Shown piece after piece: positions 43,397 through 56,917 of a stretch of 64,000 nucleotides of DNA (positions within the stretch are counted from its first letter, which is position 1; every line of letters starts with the position of its first letter). The notes under the pieces are model-generated. The model made no database searches. It was given only the letters and a program-made list of their open reading frames with translations, and had not been told where the DNA came from. The position numbers and the translations under genes are program-made. The stretch comes from the human T2T-CHM13v2.0 reference genome, Homo sapiens: assembly GCF_009914755.1 (NCBI RefSeq), contig NC_060936.1. The stretch is one strand, 5' to 3'.

Positions 43397-44629
43397 CCTG
43401 GGGCATAGGTCTTCCAGGAGGTTCTCTAAGTGTCAGAATTGGTTCTGACATTTGTCCTCTTGTGAACCCAGAATTACCATACTCTTTTCCTTCTCTCCAA
43501 GGATGTTCCCAGAGTATAAGAAGTTTTTCCTTTTAAATTCTCAAATGACATAAGCTTTGAATATACCCTCTTTTTGACAATAAAACAATGACCCTATGCC
43601 TACACATCTAAATAAAGTTGCTTTCAGTGATTTGAAAGTCCTCCATCTTCATCCTTCTAAAAGAACCCACCTTTTACAATTCCAATAATGTGTTCTGCCC
43701 CTTCATCCTAAAGACGAGTGAACACAAAATACAAATCTAATCTCCATTGAGTCACAACCCTAGCACACATTTCAATACACATTAATTTCCTAATAGCCAT
43801 AATCAAGGTAGAAGACTAGCGTTGAATAAGAGAAGAAAGGGAGCATTTTCAAATTAGTGAAAGCACAATTTTTATTATTATACCACAGATATTGACAGAT
43901 TTCATTTTTGCTGTAACATGTACTTAATATTTGAGATTGGTATTTCCAAGAAGAAACCACAGTTAGAATTATAAAAATAAAAATGACGTCTTGTAACCTT
44001 GAGGCTTGTGCATGAAAACAAGGCTGTGTAATAGAAAGAAGATTCTGAGCCCCTTTTCCTCAAGTCTTAGAGCTGCCCATGGTTTCATCTGTCAGAACAT
44101 CTGCCATAGGCTGATGAAGAATGATATAGATATAGCATAATGGTGACACTTTCCTACATTTAGGATTTGAAATAGCTTTTTTTTTTTTTAATGAAGGACA
44201 GATGAAAAGAAGTCCAAGATGAGATTGACAGGTAGACGTATTCCCTGGAGATATACATTGCTATTCTTTGGAGTCGGAAAAATAAGCCAGACTTAATTTG
44301 TCTACATAGTTATACTTTCCATTTTTGTGGCATTTTAGAATTTATTAAACATTTAGCATGCACTATCTTATTCTCTTCACAACATTCCCAAAGTAGGTCT
44401 TTGGGTTTTTGTTTTTCTCTCTCTCTTCATTTGACCAAAGGAAGTCAAGGCTGAATGATTTGCCCAAGGTCACACTACTGTAAGTATCCAACCCATGTCT
44501 GTGTACCCAGAGTGCAATGTTCCATCTAGTGAGCAGCTTGTGGCTTCAGGGAAACCTTGACGGTACAGAGGAAAAAGTGGAAGTTGAAAAGTTAAATATG
44601 GTAGAATGAAATTCCTTATTCATCTCTGC

Positions 44630-45102
44630 TTGCGCTAGGCTGTTGGCAACACAACACCATGCCCCTTCTGTGTTCCTCCCCTGTATTCCAGGGACTAGAT
44701 GCCTGGGAGCACATTCCCAAAATCCCTTGCCAGAGTGTTTCCAGGTTAGGGCAAAGGTAGAAGGGAGGTAGACATGATATTGTTGATCTTTTGGCAAGAA
44801 TGTGCAGAAGTGTAGTCTCAGTGGATGTGAGGTTTGCAGCTGCCTCCAGGTGGTTTGCAGTTTTGCACCTGACTCAGTGTCACAAATGTTATTGATGGTC
44901 ACTTGTGGTTTCCTGTGATTTCTGCAACTTTCCAACTCTGACAGCTAATGGTGAACCTGAGAACAAGTAGAGGGTTTGTTTAATCTTTGAAACTCCTGCC
45001 CTTTCCACAGTGTCCTAAACGTTTACATTGCCTAAATTAAATTATTTCCTGCTTGAAATACCTTGTGCGGCTTATCATTTTCTGAAAAGTACTAATTGAT
45101 AA
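44630..45102 (+). mobile_element. LTR33/LTR16-like ERVL LTR
   Basis: acattcccaaaatcccttgccag...ggttagg; end attaaattatttcctgcttgaaatacc...aattgata. Confidence 0.5.
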
Positions 45103-45475
45103 ATTTCTCAACCCCACTAAAAGAACACTGAGGCAAGAAAAGTGGCATAAATCTTCAAGGACAAGAATGTGAGTTAAAACAACTGCAGAGACAGCAATTT
45201 ATTTTTTAGAAGATAGGATTCAGATGAGCAATTGATTCAAATGGTAACTGATATATCAGGGAGTAGAACACTGAAACTCAACTGCAGGTAGTGGGGAAAT
45301 GCTGTTAAGAAGGAACCTGATTAATACTGTAACACAGATTCCTGGAAGGTTTCAAGAGTAGAAGGCACCAGATAATTTTGAAGTTGGTAGTGCAGGATAA
45401 GTTAGAAATAGATGTATTTATTGAAAGTATATAAGTATAGTTTGTGGGCTGACAAAATTTTTCTGTAAAGAGCCA

Positions 45476-45821
45476 TGTATTAGTCTGTTCATGGCACTAC
45501 AACAAAACACCATAAACTGGGTGGCTTATAAACAACAGAAATCTATTTCTCACAGTTCCAGATGCTGGGAAGTCCAAGATCAAGGCAGCAATAGATTTGG
45601 TGTCTGGTGAGAGATGTCTTCTTTTGTAATATCACCTGGTAGAAAAGGGTCAAGGAAGCTCTCTGGGGCCTCTTTTATAAGGACACTAATCCCATTGATA
45701 AGGGTTCTGCCTTCACGATCTAATTATTTCCCAAAGGCCTCTACCTTCTAATACCATCATGTATGTCATTAGGTTTTCAACATATGAGTTTTGTGGGGAC
45801 ATAAACATTCAGTCTATAGAA
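45476..45821 (-). mobile_element. MLT1A solo LTR
   Basis: tgtattagtctg...ccataaactgggtggcttataaacaacagaaat...aaacattcagtctatag; degenerate TSD agcca/gacca. Confidence 0.85.
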
Positions 45822-45854
45822 GACCAGATAGTAAATATTTTAGGTATTGTGCAT

Positions 45855-48135
45855 TGTATTAGTCTGTTCTCACGTTACTAATAAAGATATACCCGAGACT
45901 GTGTAGTTTATAAAGGAAAAAGGTTTAATTGACTCACAGTTCTGCATGGCCTGGGAGGCCTCAGGAAACTTACGATCATGGTTGAAGGGGAAGCAAACAC
46001 ATCCTTCTTCACGGGCAGTAATGAGGAGAAGAACAAGCAAAGGGGCACGGGGTGGGGAAAGCCCCTTACAAAACCATCAGATTTCATAAGAACTCACTCA
46101 CTATCACAGGAATAGCATGGAGGTAACCGTCCTCATGATTCAATTAGCTCCCACCAGACCCCTCCCACAATACCTGGGGATTATAGCAACTATAATTCAA
46201 GAGGAGATTTGGGCGGGGACGTAGTCAAACCACATCATTCTGCCCTGGCCCCTCGCAAATCTCATGTCCTCCCATTTCAAAATAAATCATGCCTTCCCAA
46301 CTGTCCCCCAAAGTCTTAACTCATTCCAGCATTAACTCAAAAGTCCAAGCCTAAAGTCTCACCTGAGACGAGGCAAGTCCCTTACACCTTGAGCCTGCAA
46401 AATCAAAAGCAAGTTAGTTACTTCCTAGATATAGTGGGGGTATAGGCATTGGGTAAATACAGCCATTCCAAATGGGAGAAATTGGCCAAAAAAAGGGTGC
46501 TGCAGGCCACACAAGTCCAAAATCCAATAGGGCAGTCATTAAACCTTAAAGTTCCCAAATGATCTCCTTTGACTCCAAGTCTCAAATCCAGGTCACACTG
46601 ATGCAAGAGGTAGACTCCCAGGGCCTTGGGCAGCTCTACCCCTGTGGCTTTGCAGGGTACAGCCCCCATCCTGGCTGCTTTCATGGGCTAGCATTGAGTG
46701 TCTGTGGCTTTTCCAGGCACGCGGTGCAAGCTGTCAGTGGATCTACCATTCTGGGGTCTGGAGGATGGTGGCCTCTTCTCACAACTCTACTAGGCAATGC
46801 CCCAGTGGGTACTTTGTGTAGGGGCTCTGACTCCCTGTTTCCTTTCTGCACTGCCCTAGCAGAGGTTTTCCATGAGGGCTCCACCCCTGCAACACACCTC
46901 TGCCTGTACATCTGGGCATTTTCATACATCCTCTGAAATCTAGGAAGAGGTTCTCAAACCTCAATTCTTGCCTCTACATATCCACAGGACCAACATCACT
47001 TGGAAGCTTTCAAGGCTTGGGGCTTGCACCCTCCAAAGCCACTGCCTAAGCTGTACCTTGGCCCCTTTTAGCCATGGCTGGAGTGGCTGGAACACAGGGC
47101 ATCAAGTCCAAGGCTGCACACAGCAGGGAGGCCTTGGACCTGGTCAAGGAAACCATTTTTTTTCCTCCTAGGCTTCCAGGCCTGTGATGGGAGGGGCTGT
47201 CTTGAAGGTCTCTGACATGCCCTGGAGACATTTTTCCATTGTCTTGGTGATTAACATTAGGCTCCTCATTACTTATGCAAATTTCTGCAGCTGGCTTGAT
47301 TTTCTCCCCAGAAAATGGGGTTTTCTTTTCTATGGCATAGTCAGGCTGCAAATTTTCCGAACTTTTATGCTCTGCTTCCCCTTGAAAGCTTTGCTGCTTA
47401 GAAATTTCTTCCCCCAGATACGCTAAATCATCTCTCTCAAGTTCAATGTTCCACAGATCTCTAGGTCAGGGGCAAAATGATGCAAGTCTCTTTGCTAAAG
47501 CATAACAAGAATCACCTTTGCTCCGGTTCCCAATAAGTTCCTCATCTCCATCTGAGACCACCTCAGCCTGGACTTCATTGTCCCTATCACTATCAGCATG
47601 TTGGTCAAAACCATTAAACAAGTCTCTAGGAAGCCTCAAACATTCCTACATCTTCCTGTCTTCTTCTGAGCCCTCCAAACTGTTCCAACCTCTGCCCGTT
47701 AGCCAGTTCCAAAGTCACTTCCGCATTTTTGAGTATCTTAATAGCAGTACCCCACTCTACTGGAACTAATTTACTGTGTTAGTTCATTTTCATACTGCTA
47801 TGAAGAAATACTTGAGAGTGAGTAATTTATAAAGAAAAAAAGGTTTAATGGACCCAAAGTTCCACATGGCTGGGGAGGTCTCACAATCGTGGCGGGAGGC
47901 AAAGGAGGAGCAAAGGCACATCTTACATGGTGACAGGCTGGAGAGCATGTGCAGGGGAACTGCCCTTTTTAAAACCAGCAGATCTCATGAGACTTATTCA
48001 CTATCATGAGAACAGCATAGGAAAACCCACCCCTATGATTCAATTACCTCCAACCAGGTCCCTCCCATGACGTGGGGATTATGGGAGCTACATTTCAAGA
48101 TGAGATTTGGATGGAGACACAGACAACCCATATTA
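45855..48135 (-). mobile_element. Full-length THE1 MaLR provirus: 3'LTR 45855-46237 (THE1D-like), internal 46238-47774, 5'LTR 47775-48135 (THE1C-like)
   Basis: Two LTRs, ~1.54-kb THE1-int, PPT (ttctgccctggcccc on plus), perfect 5-bp TSD tgcat (45850-45854 / 48136-48140). Confidence 0.93.
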
Positions 48136-49754
48136 TGCATCCTATGGTCTCTGTCACAACTATTTGATTCTGTTGTTGCAGTGTGAAAGGAGCTGTAGAC
48201 AATGCTTAAATGAAAGGGCTTAACTGTACTCCAATAAGATTTTATTTACAAAATAAGAAGCAGATCAGATTGGCCCATAGGCCATAGTTTTACTAACTCC
48301 TGTTTGGACTGTTAAAACCTTTCATCAGAGTGCATAGGTCTGCCCACTCAGGATAAGACAAAAAGTTTACTCTCTGGAAAGGTTGAAATAAAGATATTAT
48401 TTAGTTGAGGATGCCAGACATAGCTGGGGTTTGGATATGGAGTGAAAATTTCTATAGAAAATTGAGAAACTATATATAAACATGAAAACCAAGCCATGTG
48501 ACCCATAGAGACCAAACCTAGCATGACTTTTACAAAGGATATATTTTGGAAATATGGAGGCAAATAACAAAAGAAACACTAAAGGAAAACTGAAAGTGAT
48601 TGCCCAAGAGAAGTGAGAATCACAAGTGAATCACTTTATCAGTATGAAAATGTTGCATATATTATTTGGATAAAATTAAAATTGAAATAAGAAAAAGTAA
48701 CTGTAGAAGAATTCAAGGTATTGCATGCATGTTTCATGAGCCCATGGAGTCATCAATGTAGATATTACTATCCTGCTTTTCCAAATAAAGAGGCTGAAAA
48801 GTCAAACTCCAAAGCTGAATAACAGAGGAGAAACTGTTGCTTCAAAGAAGGGAAATATATTGGACTTAGTTGGTATGAGTAGAAAAAGTTATCAGTTAAT
48901 TAGTGGAAAGTATTGGTAGAAATTCACATATACAGAGAGCACTACAGAGTGTTTAAACTTTTGTGACCACAAATGGGAGCCAAGGATATTGTTGGATACC
49001 AACAATTCCAACTGAGATGAAGATTTTGGCTAAGACCAAGTGATGCTGGCATCACTCCTAGTTGCCCTAGCAATGAGTACCCTCCTCATGTTAATGATGC
49101 AATAAAAAATGCAAATGGTGCAAAAATAATTAGGTTCAGAGTACCATGTGGCTAGTTAGCTCCATCTGAGAGGAGGTATTGGAATTAAATTTGTAGGGTT
49201 GAGGTGTATGTGCAATAAAGGATGAAATCATTAGGAGATGGGCTTGAGTCATAAATAAATGTGGGCTGGAGACTCTCTTGGTTGCTGACCTGTTCCATTT
49301 CTTTCTGATATCATTGAAGTAGGTGTATGTTAGTGATTCTTCAGTATCTTACCTGTTCCACCTGGAGCCATCACTTCAGGCAAGGAAACTCTAGGACATG
49401 TAGATAATAGAGCTCATAACTCACACCTCATGGCTTTGTAAATTAACTTGGTTTACTAGGAATTATCACAACTGCCTTACCCAATTACCTTTCCCATTTA
49501 TTGTCACTGTCTAGAAGGATAAAGCCTACTTAAACAAGTATGGATAAGAGAAAGGAGGAGCTGATGAGAAACTGGGCTTTAGCAACATAAAATAAAATTC
49601 TTTTTTTTCCCTGGTATAATATTTATCTTTAATTTGCTGTTGGTTTTGCAACCTTTCAATAATAGTGTAAGCATAATTTGTATCTGTTTTTACTTTGAAC
49701 AGTATAATTCTGGATAACGCTTCCTTAGTTTGTGCTTTTGTCTTTCTTTTTTCT

Positions 49755-50130
49755 GTTTTTTTTTTTGTTAACTTTTATTTTAATTTCAGGGGTACATGTA
49801 CAGGTTTGTTACGCAGGTAAACTTGTGTCATGGGGTATTGTTGTACAGATTTTTTCATCCCCAAATACCAAGCCTAGTACCCAGTAGTTATTTTTTTTTG
49901 ATCCCCTCCTTCATCCTACACTTCATCCTCAAGTAGGCCCCAGTGTCTGTTGTTCCCTCTTTGTGTCCATGGGTTCTCATCATTTAGCTTCCACTAGCAG
50001 ATAAGAACATGCAGTGTTTGGTTTTCTCTTCCTGCATTAGCTTGCTAAGGGTAATGGCCTCCAGCTCCATCCATGTTCCTGCAAAATACATGATCTCATT
50101 CTTTTTTATGGGTGCATATTATTTCATGAT
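49755..50130 (-). mobile_element. Old L1PA (PA13-16-like) 3' fragment
   Basis: aacttttatttta...ggggtacatgtacaggtttgttac...ggtaaacttgtgtcatgggg...gcctccagctccatccatgttcctgcaaa. Confidence 0.85.
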
Positions 50131-50235
50131 AGGACATAATTCTTAAATATCACATCTGCCTCTCATAAACTGATGACACTGGGCAACCTCTTTAGAGTCT
50201 CAGCTTTCTCTTCTCTTAAAAAATATTAGGGGGAT

Positions 50236-50682
50236 TGTGGTGGTTAATTTTACGTGTCAACTTGATTAGGCCACTGGGTGCCCAGGTATGTGGTTAAACA
50301 TTATTTTAGATGTGTCTGTGATGGTGTTTCTGGATGAAATTAACATTCAAATTGGTAGACTGAGTAAAGTAGATTGCTCTCCCCAATGCAAATGGGCCTT
50401 ATCCAATCTGTTGAAGGCCTGGATACAACGAAAAGGCCAAGGAATGGAGAATTTGGTCTCTTGCTGCCTGATTTTCTTCAAGTTGGGATATTGGTTTTCC
50501 CCTGCTTTTGGACTTCATTTAGAGCTTACAACACCAGCTCTCCTGGGTCTCCAGCTTGCCAACTACAGATCTTGGGACTTAGTTTTCAAAATCATGTGTG
50601 CCAAATCCTGATAATAAATGTCTTTATTTATATCTACATGTCTCCTATTGGTTCTGATTCTCTGAAGAACCTTGACTAATAT
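50236..50682 (+). mobile_element. MLT2 (ERVL) solo LTR, inserted in a MIR
   Basis: tgtggtggttaattttacgtgtcaacttga...tcctattggttctgattctctgaagaaccttgactaata. Confidence 0.88.
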
Positions 50683-52079
50683 CTTCTTCATTTGAGTTTC
50701 TGAGGAAAGGTTTTATTTAGCACAGCACCTGACCAATTGTAAGTATATGCACATGGAAAAAAGATGATAGGTCTTATTATTATCACCATCTGCTTAGAAA
50801 AAACATCCCAAAGAAAAACCCAGAAGGATAAACCTTGTTGATTATCCTTGAGGGAGAAGCAGTTGGGAGTAGCAGACTAAGAAATAAACGTTGGGGTTAG
50901 ATGGAGACTCTGCTCCCCACATATTAAGTGTAGGATTTTGAACCAATTATCTAACCTCATGTTATATCAGTTTCCTCTTCTATAGATTAGAGTCAATAAA
51001 CACTCTTTTCATTTGAGAATAGAATGTAATAACATAGACAATCTTTTATTCAGTAAAGGTGATATTATTGTAAGAGGTCAAATGATTACCAAAGACCATG
51101 CAATTGGTTAGGGAGAATAGGGTCTCAAGCCAAGCCTCCTGACAGTTCAGCCCCAGAACCTCCCATTTCATCAATATTTTTGTAGCAAGAGAGCCATCCC
51201 CTGATTTCACTGAGTGAGAAAGGATTCCTCTGGCACTGCCTGAAAGTGAATGCACACTTTTTTATATGACCTTCTTCAACTACACATGTTTAAAGAGGGA
51301 AGAAAATCTTCATTTGGCATGAACAGTTCTTTTCTTTCTTCTGCTAACCACTGAAATAGAGCTGTCCCCTAAAGAGAGCCTCTGATCTTGTCTTTCTTTT
51401 TTTTAAATTAAAGCTCTGAATGGCTAATGACCAGCCTACCAAGGGTGAGGGTTGGATGAACAAGTCCCTATCGAATAAGATGCCAGTGGCTGCACAAGCC
51501 ATCAAATACTAGGCATCTAAGATATTCATAATTACTCCCAATGATTTCTCAGACTGGCACATATACATTGACCACATACCCATTAAATGCCCTCATCCAT
51601 CCGAGGCAGCCATGGTGCACTTCCTTTTCAAACAGGAAATGCCTTTCAAGGCTGCACAACTCAAGAAACTGGAACTTCCGCCGGTCAGTGACAAACAAAG
51701 ATAATTTGTTTCTGGATAAAACCCTAAATCTGTCAGCTTGTTCAGAGTATTGCACATTTCCTGGAATGTAAGACACAGCTTATCACAGTTCTGTGCAGTT
51801 ATCAAGAGTGTAGATTTGCTATCCTGATACAATGTTCAGGTCACTATTCCACTTTTGATTACAAGAATCTCCTTAAAGCCTCACCTATGGGTAGATGAGT
51901 GCTTTGAAGACTGTGGAAACATTTTAAATGGTTTTTATCTTTTTCATGCCTTGTATTTATAAAAATAAATTTATCTTTTATATCATAATAAAATAAAGTA
52001 TCAAAGTTCTTAACTTTTGGAGGATTGGGGGAGGCAGGGCTCAAAGATTCCTTTGGATCCTCTCTTCACACTATGAATG

Positions 52080-52148
52080 CATGCACACTTACATGTACAC
52101 ATACATGTGCACACACATGCATATACACATATGCAGATGTGCACACAT
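52080..52148. repeat. Degenerate (CA/TG) tract
   Basis: Direct inspection. Confidence 0.75.
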
Positions 52149-52341
52149 AATTTTGTGCTGGATATTTAGCAATCCAACTCCCTAGTTAAGAACCATTGAT
52201 TCTGATAAAGAGATGAAAATAGAGTGAGGAGTAAGATGTTTAGGCAGGTAGAAGGATTCCTGGGAAAATGAACAAATCCTGGTACGTACCTTCATGGCTC
52301 AGCTGCTGAAGAGTCCATTAAAAGTTCCAGATTTAGGTCTT

Positions 52342-52595
52342 AGAAGGAAGGAGGAAAGGAAAGAAAAAGGGAAGGAAGAAAAGAAAGGAGGTGGGAAGGA
52401 AGGAAGGAAGGAAGGCAGTAAGGAAGGCAGGCAGGCAAGCAGAAGAGAAGGGAAGAGGAAGGAAGAAAGGAAGGAGGAAAGGAAGGAAGGAAGGGAGGGA
52501 AGAGGGAGGGAGGGAGGGAAGGAAAAGAAGCTGAGAAGCTGGATGGAAAGACAAAAAGAGGAAAGGAGAGGGGGAGAGATAGAGGGTGAGGAAGG
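52342..52595 (+). repeat. Polypurine (GGAA/GGGA)n tract
   Basis: (GGAA)5 at 52394-52413; four GGG runs at 52504-52518. Confidence 0.9.
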
Positions 52596-53402
52596 CAAGC
52601 AGACAGAGATAATCAGAGAAATTCAACAAATTCATATTGAATATTGCTTTACACAGGCAGGAAGCTAGGAACAGGGCATACTGATACACATAAACATTGT
52701 TTTTATCCTAGAGGGGTTTGCAGAATAGAAAGAGCAGCAACATGCAATAACTTAGCTCTGTAGAGGGGCGCACAAAGTTCTCAGGGAGGACAGGGGGTTG
52801 TGCAGGAAAGGCTTCAAACCAGAGGAGATATTTGAATTAAGCCTTGAATTATAACATCAATTTTCAGCAGACCACAAAGGTTTTAATAATTTTAGACCTT
52901 TTGAATGCCTGTGGATTTGTGCTGACAACATGCCTAATTCATTATTTGGAACTCCTTTTTCAACTGGAATGGTTGGACAGACACATAATGAGCATCTGCT
53001 TGAGGTAAGGACTGAGGGAGAGAAAGAAGGAGCATCATCTTACATGGCCTGCATTCCGCAGGGACTCAGAATCTAGGGGCCAAGGCAGGTTAACAAGGCT
53101 GGTGAGCGCAGAGCGAAGAGGGAGGCCAGGAAGGAGGGAAGAAGGAGGCCAGGGCAGGGGCACACAGGGCGGCCTGAGCAGCTGGGAGGCTTCCTCTGGG
53201 TTCAAGTAGTAGCACCAAGAGCAGGAACTGGCAGCTGAACCTAACAATGGGAGTACACCTGGCTCACTGTCCAGACACCTGGGCTTTTCTAGCAAAGGAA
53301 ACCTCCAGAAACTTAGATGGGGAGGATTTTCTTCTTGACCTCCTCTTCTCATTTTCTCAATGCTACCATTTAGCAAATAAAAATGGTTACTTTTGGGGTT
53401 TC

Positions 53403-53403
53403 G

Positions 53404-53438
<35 letters not shown>
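53403..53438 (+). repeat. (GTT)12 microsatellite
   Basis: Perfect trinucleotide array. Confidence 0.97.
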
Positions 53439-53799
53439 GCTTAATCCTTGGAAAATGTAGGCATGCTCAGAGAAGATCCTTGGAGCCCAGACTGCTTCTG
53501 GTTAGGTTAGCAGAGGGAATTGCAAATATTTTAAAAATGCAATCATGGCATTTTTATTTTAAAAAGTAGATTTAAAAAAACTATTTCAGCTGCTAGCCTC
53601 ATCTTCTAACGTATTTCATTATAAGCAATGTTCTCACCTCACACCATTCCTCATTCTCCTCAGTCTTTGCTTTGATTTTATTATAGGATAGTGGAATAAA
53701 CCCTTGTCTTGTTCAAAGGGCATCTAAAGCACAAAAAATAAGAAAGACTAGATCCATTTGGGGACTATTTGAGACTCTTCTAGGAATGTTTTCACTGAT

Positions 53800-54110
53800 C
53801 TGTCATTCGACAGAGATTTTTTTTTCGAGGCCAACACAATGCCAGCCACAGCTCTAGACACTGAGGATATAGAAGAGGGGGAAAAAAATCCAGGTAAAAA
53901 TCTCTACTCTCATAAAGCTTACATTCTAGCTAGGAGAGATACACTAAGAAAACAAAATTAATTTAAAATACACAATATTTCAGCTAGATAAGTATTATGG
54001 CGGCAAATAAAGCAAGGAAGAGGCATAGAGGATGCTAAGGTGGGAGAGGGTGGTAACTTTAAATCAAGTCATCAGGAATGCTCTCTCTGAGAATGTGGCT
54101 TCTGAGCAAC
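53800..54110 (-). mobile_element. L2 fragment
   Basis: gccagccacagctctagacactgaggatat...agcttacattctag...caggaatgctctctctgag. Confidence 0.65.
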
Positions 54111-54799
54111 TGATAAAGATCCTGCAAAACCCACAGATTTCTGTCCTGCCTCAGTTTTTTGAAAGAGATCTCTTTCAAAGTTTTTTGAAAGTTTTTTGAA
54201 AGAGATCTCTTTTTTGGTAGTCAAATATATATAACACAAAATGTGTCATTTAAACTATTCCCATGTGTACAATTCAGTGGTGTTCATTCCATTCACGATG
54301 TTGGGCCCCTAGTAACTTCTAATTCTCTGTCTCTAGGACTCTGCTTATTCTAGATCTTTCATGTAAGTGGGATCATACAATACGTGTCTTTCTGTGTTTA
54401 ACTTATTTCACTTAGACGAATGTTTGCAAGGTTTGCCTGTGCTATAGCATGTGTCAATACTTCATTCCCTTTTATGGATGAATAATATCCTATTGTATGC
54501 ATATACTGTACCATATTTTGTTTATCCATTCATCGGTTGATGAACATATTGGTTATTTCCACCGCCTTTTAATTATTGTGAATAATGTTGTAATGAATAA
54601 GGCTGTACAAATATCTGTTCATTCGCTGTTGTTTTCAATTCTTTAGGGTGTACCTACCAATGAAATTGCTGAATCATGTGATAGTTCTATGTTTAGTTTT
54701 TTGAGAAACTACTGACTTTTCTATAGCGACTATAACATTGTACATTTCCAAGAGCAATGTGGCAACCAACAAGGGTTCTACAACACTCGTTATTTTTCC

Positions 54800-55420
<621 letters not shown>

Positions 55421-56479
55421 AAAAATGTATAGCCATCCTCACAGGTATAAAGTAATACCTCATTGTGGTTTTGATTTGCATTTCCCTGATGACTAGAGGT
55501 GTTGAACATATTTTCATGTGCTTGTTGGCCACGTATATCTTTGGAGAAATGTTCATTTAAGTCATTTGCCCATTTTTTAATTTGGTTGTCTTCTTGTTGT
55601 TGACCTTTAGGAGTTCTTTATATGTTCTCGATATTAAATCCTTACCAGATATATAATTTGCAAATATTTTCTATTTGAAGAGGTCTTTTTAACAAAAACC
55701 AGCTTGAAAAAGTTCGAGGATTGAGGCAAAATAAAAAAGTAAAGGAGGCAGAGCACAGATTATTCTTTGAGAGAATGGGTAGTAAAGAGAAAGAGGTCAG
55801 TAGAGAAGATTCATTTTATAAAACTGAGAAATATAGACAGGAAGGAAGGATACGGTGAAAAGTGACAGATTCAAAGAGGGGTAATTGATAGGGTGAGGTT
55901 CCAGAGAAGGGAGTGGTTATAAGGGTATGTAAGGATATGGCTGGAATGTGAGTTGTGAATAGAAATGATGGTCAGCAGTGACCTCTTTTTCCTGACAGAA
56001 GAAGGAACGTGATAAAGCAGGGCTCCTTGTCCTCTCTGACATCCTCTTGAATGTGGGAAGACAATTTAAAATAAATCAAGTCAGTATCTTGAATTTATAA
56101 TTTTTCCCTCATAAATTCTGTATGGTTACTGAACAGTTATTTATCTCCAAAACAGCTTCAAAGAAAAAGCATAAAACTGATGCCTGTACATTACAAGCAT
56201 GAATCAAATTTCTTTAAAAGCCTCTACATTTTCTGTGTCTCCCAATTTCTGGGTCAAGACATTTCATAAAGAACTGCTTCCTATTGAACCTTTGAATGGT
56301 GGTATGATGAAACTTTTATTTTGTTAAGCCTACTCCTACAATTATGTGTGTTTATTCCTAGTATTCTCAAATTTATGCTATAAATATCCATGTTTCAAGA
56401 CTCAAAGTAAAACAACCTTTACCAGTTGTTCCTGCAAAACCAGCCTTTTATTGTGTCTGCAAAGAAAAGTTCTGTCATC

Positions 56480-56705
56480 AAGTATGTTGAGAAATGCCCC
56501 ATCCTCTTGCCCACTCTTGGAGTTAAAGGGCTTATTACCATGTTGAAAGACCTTAGAAGTCCTGCAGAAAAGAAACCAGTTTATCTTGGATAACCCAGGG
56601 TTTCAAAAACCTCATTTGAGCATAGAATACTTTGTTCTATGTCAGCTAGAACCTACTAACCCCCTAGGACTGGAATTCCAGAAAATGAGTTTTGGGAAAT
56701 GCTGA
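56480..56705. mobile_element. Old hAT-Charlie MITE (family uncertain); similar piece at ~34070-34330
   Basis: Both share cttagaagt(c/t)ctgcagaaaa; this one ends tttgggaaatgctg. Confidence 0.45.
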
Positions 56706-56917
56706 CCTGGATGAACAATTTCTTCTCTGGGATGTTCCTCCTCTCATTAGTTTCATCTCACTAATCTCAGAAGAAAATCTGTCTCATCTTTGGCAGTGTT
56801 TTTGTTGTGTCCCTCCTGTTCTTTTGCTCTTTGCTTTCCTCTAGGAAGCATTTAGAGTGGCATTTCCATGAATGGCACTCTAGAGAATCAAGTCTCATAA
56901 TAAAAGCTGAAATATAA

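Larger units (their letters stand above)
45443..48302 (+). mobile_element. MER58A MITE split in three pieces (45443-45475, 45822-45854, 48136-48302) by two LTR insertions
   Basis: Pieces join into caaaatttttctgtaaagagcca|gatagtaaatattttagg..|tatggtctctgtcacaact...ggccatagtt; compare the copy at 31950-32153. Confidence 0.85.

Noticed and set aside
46418-47769. Cluster of ORFs in the THE1 internal region
   Set aside because: Broken remnants of the MaLR internal ORF and antisense frames; no intact protein.
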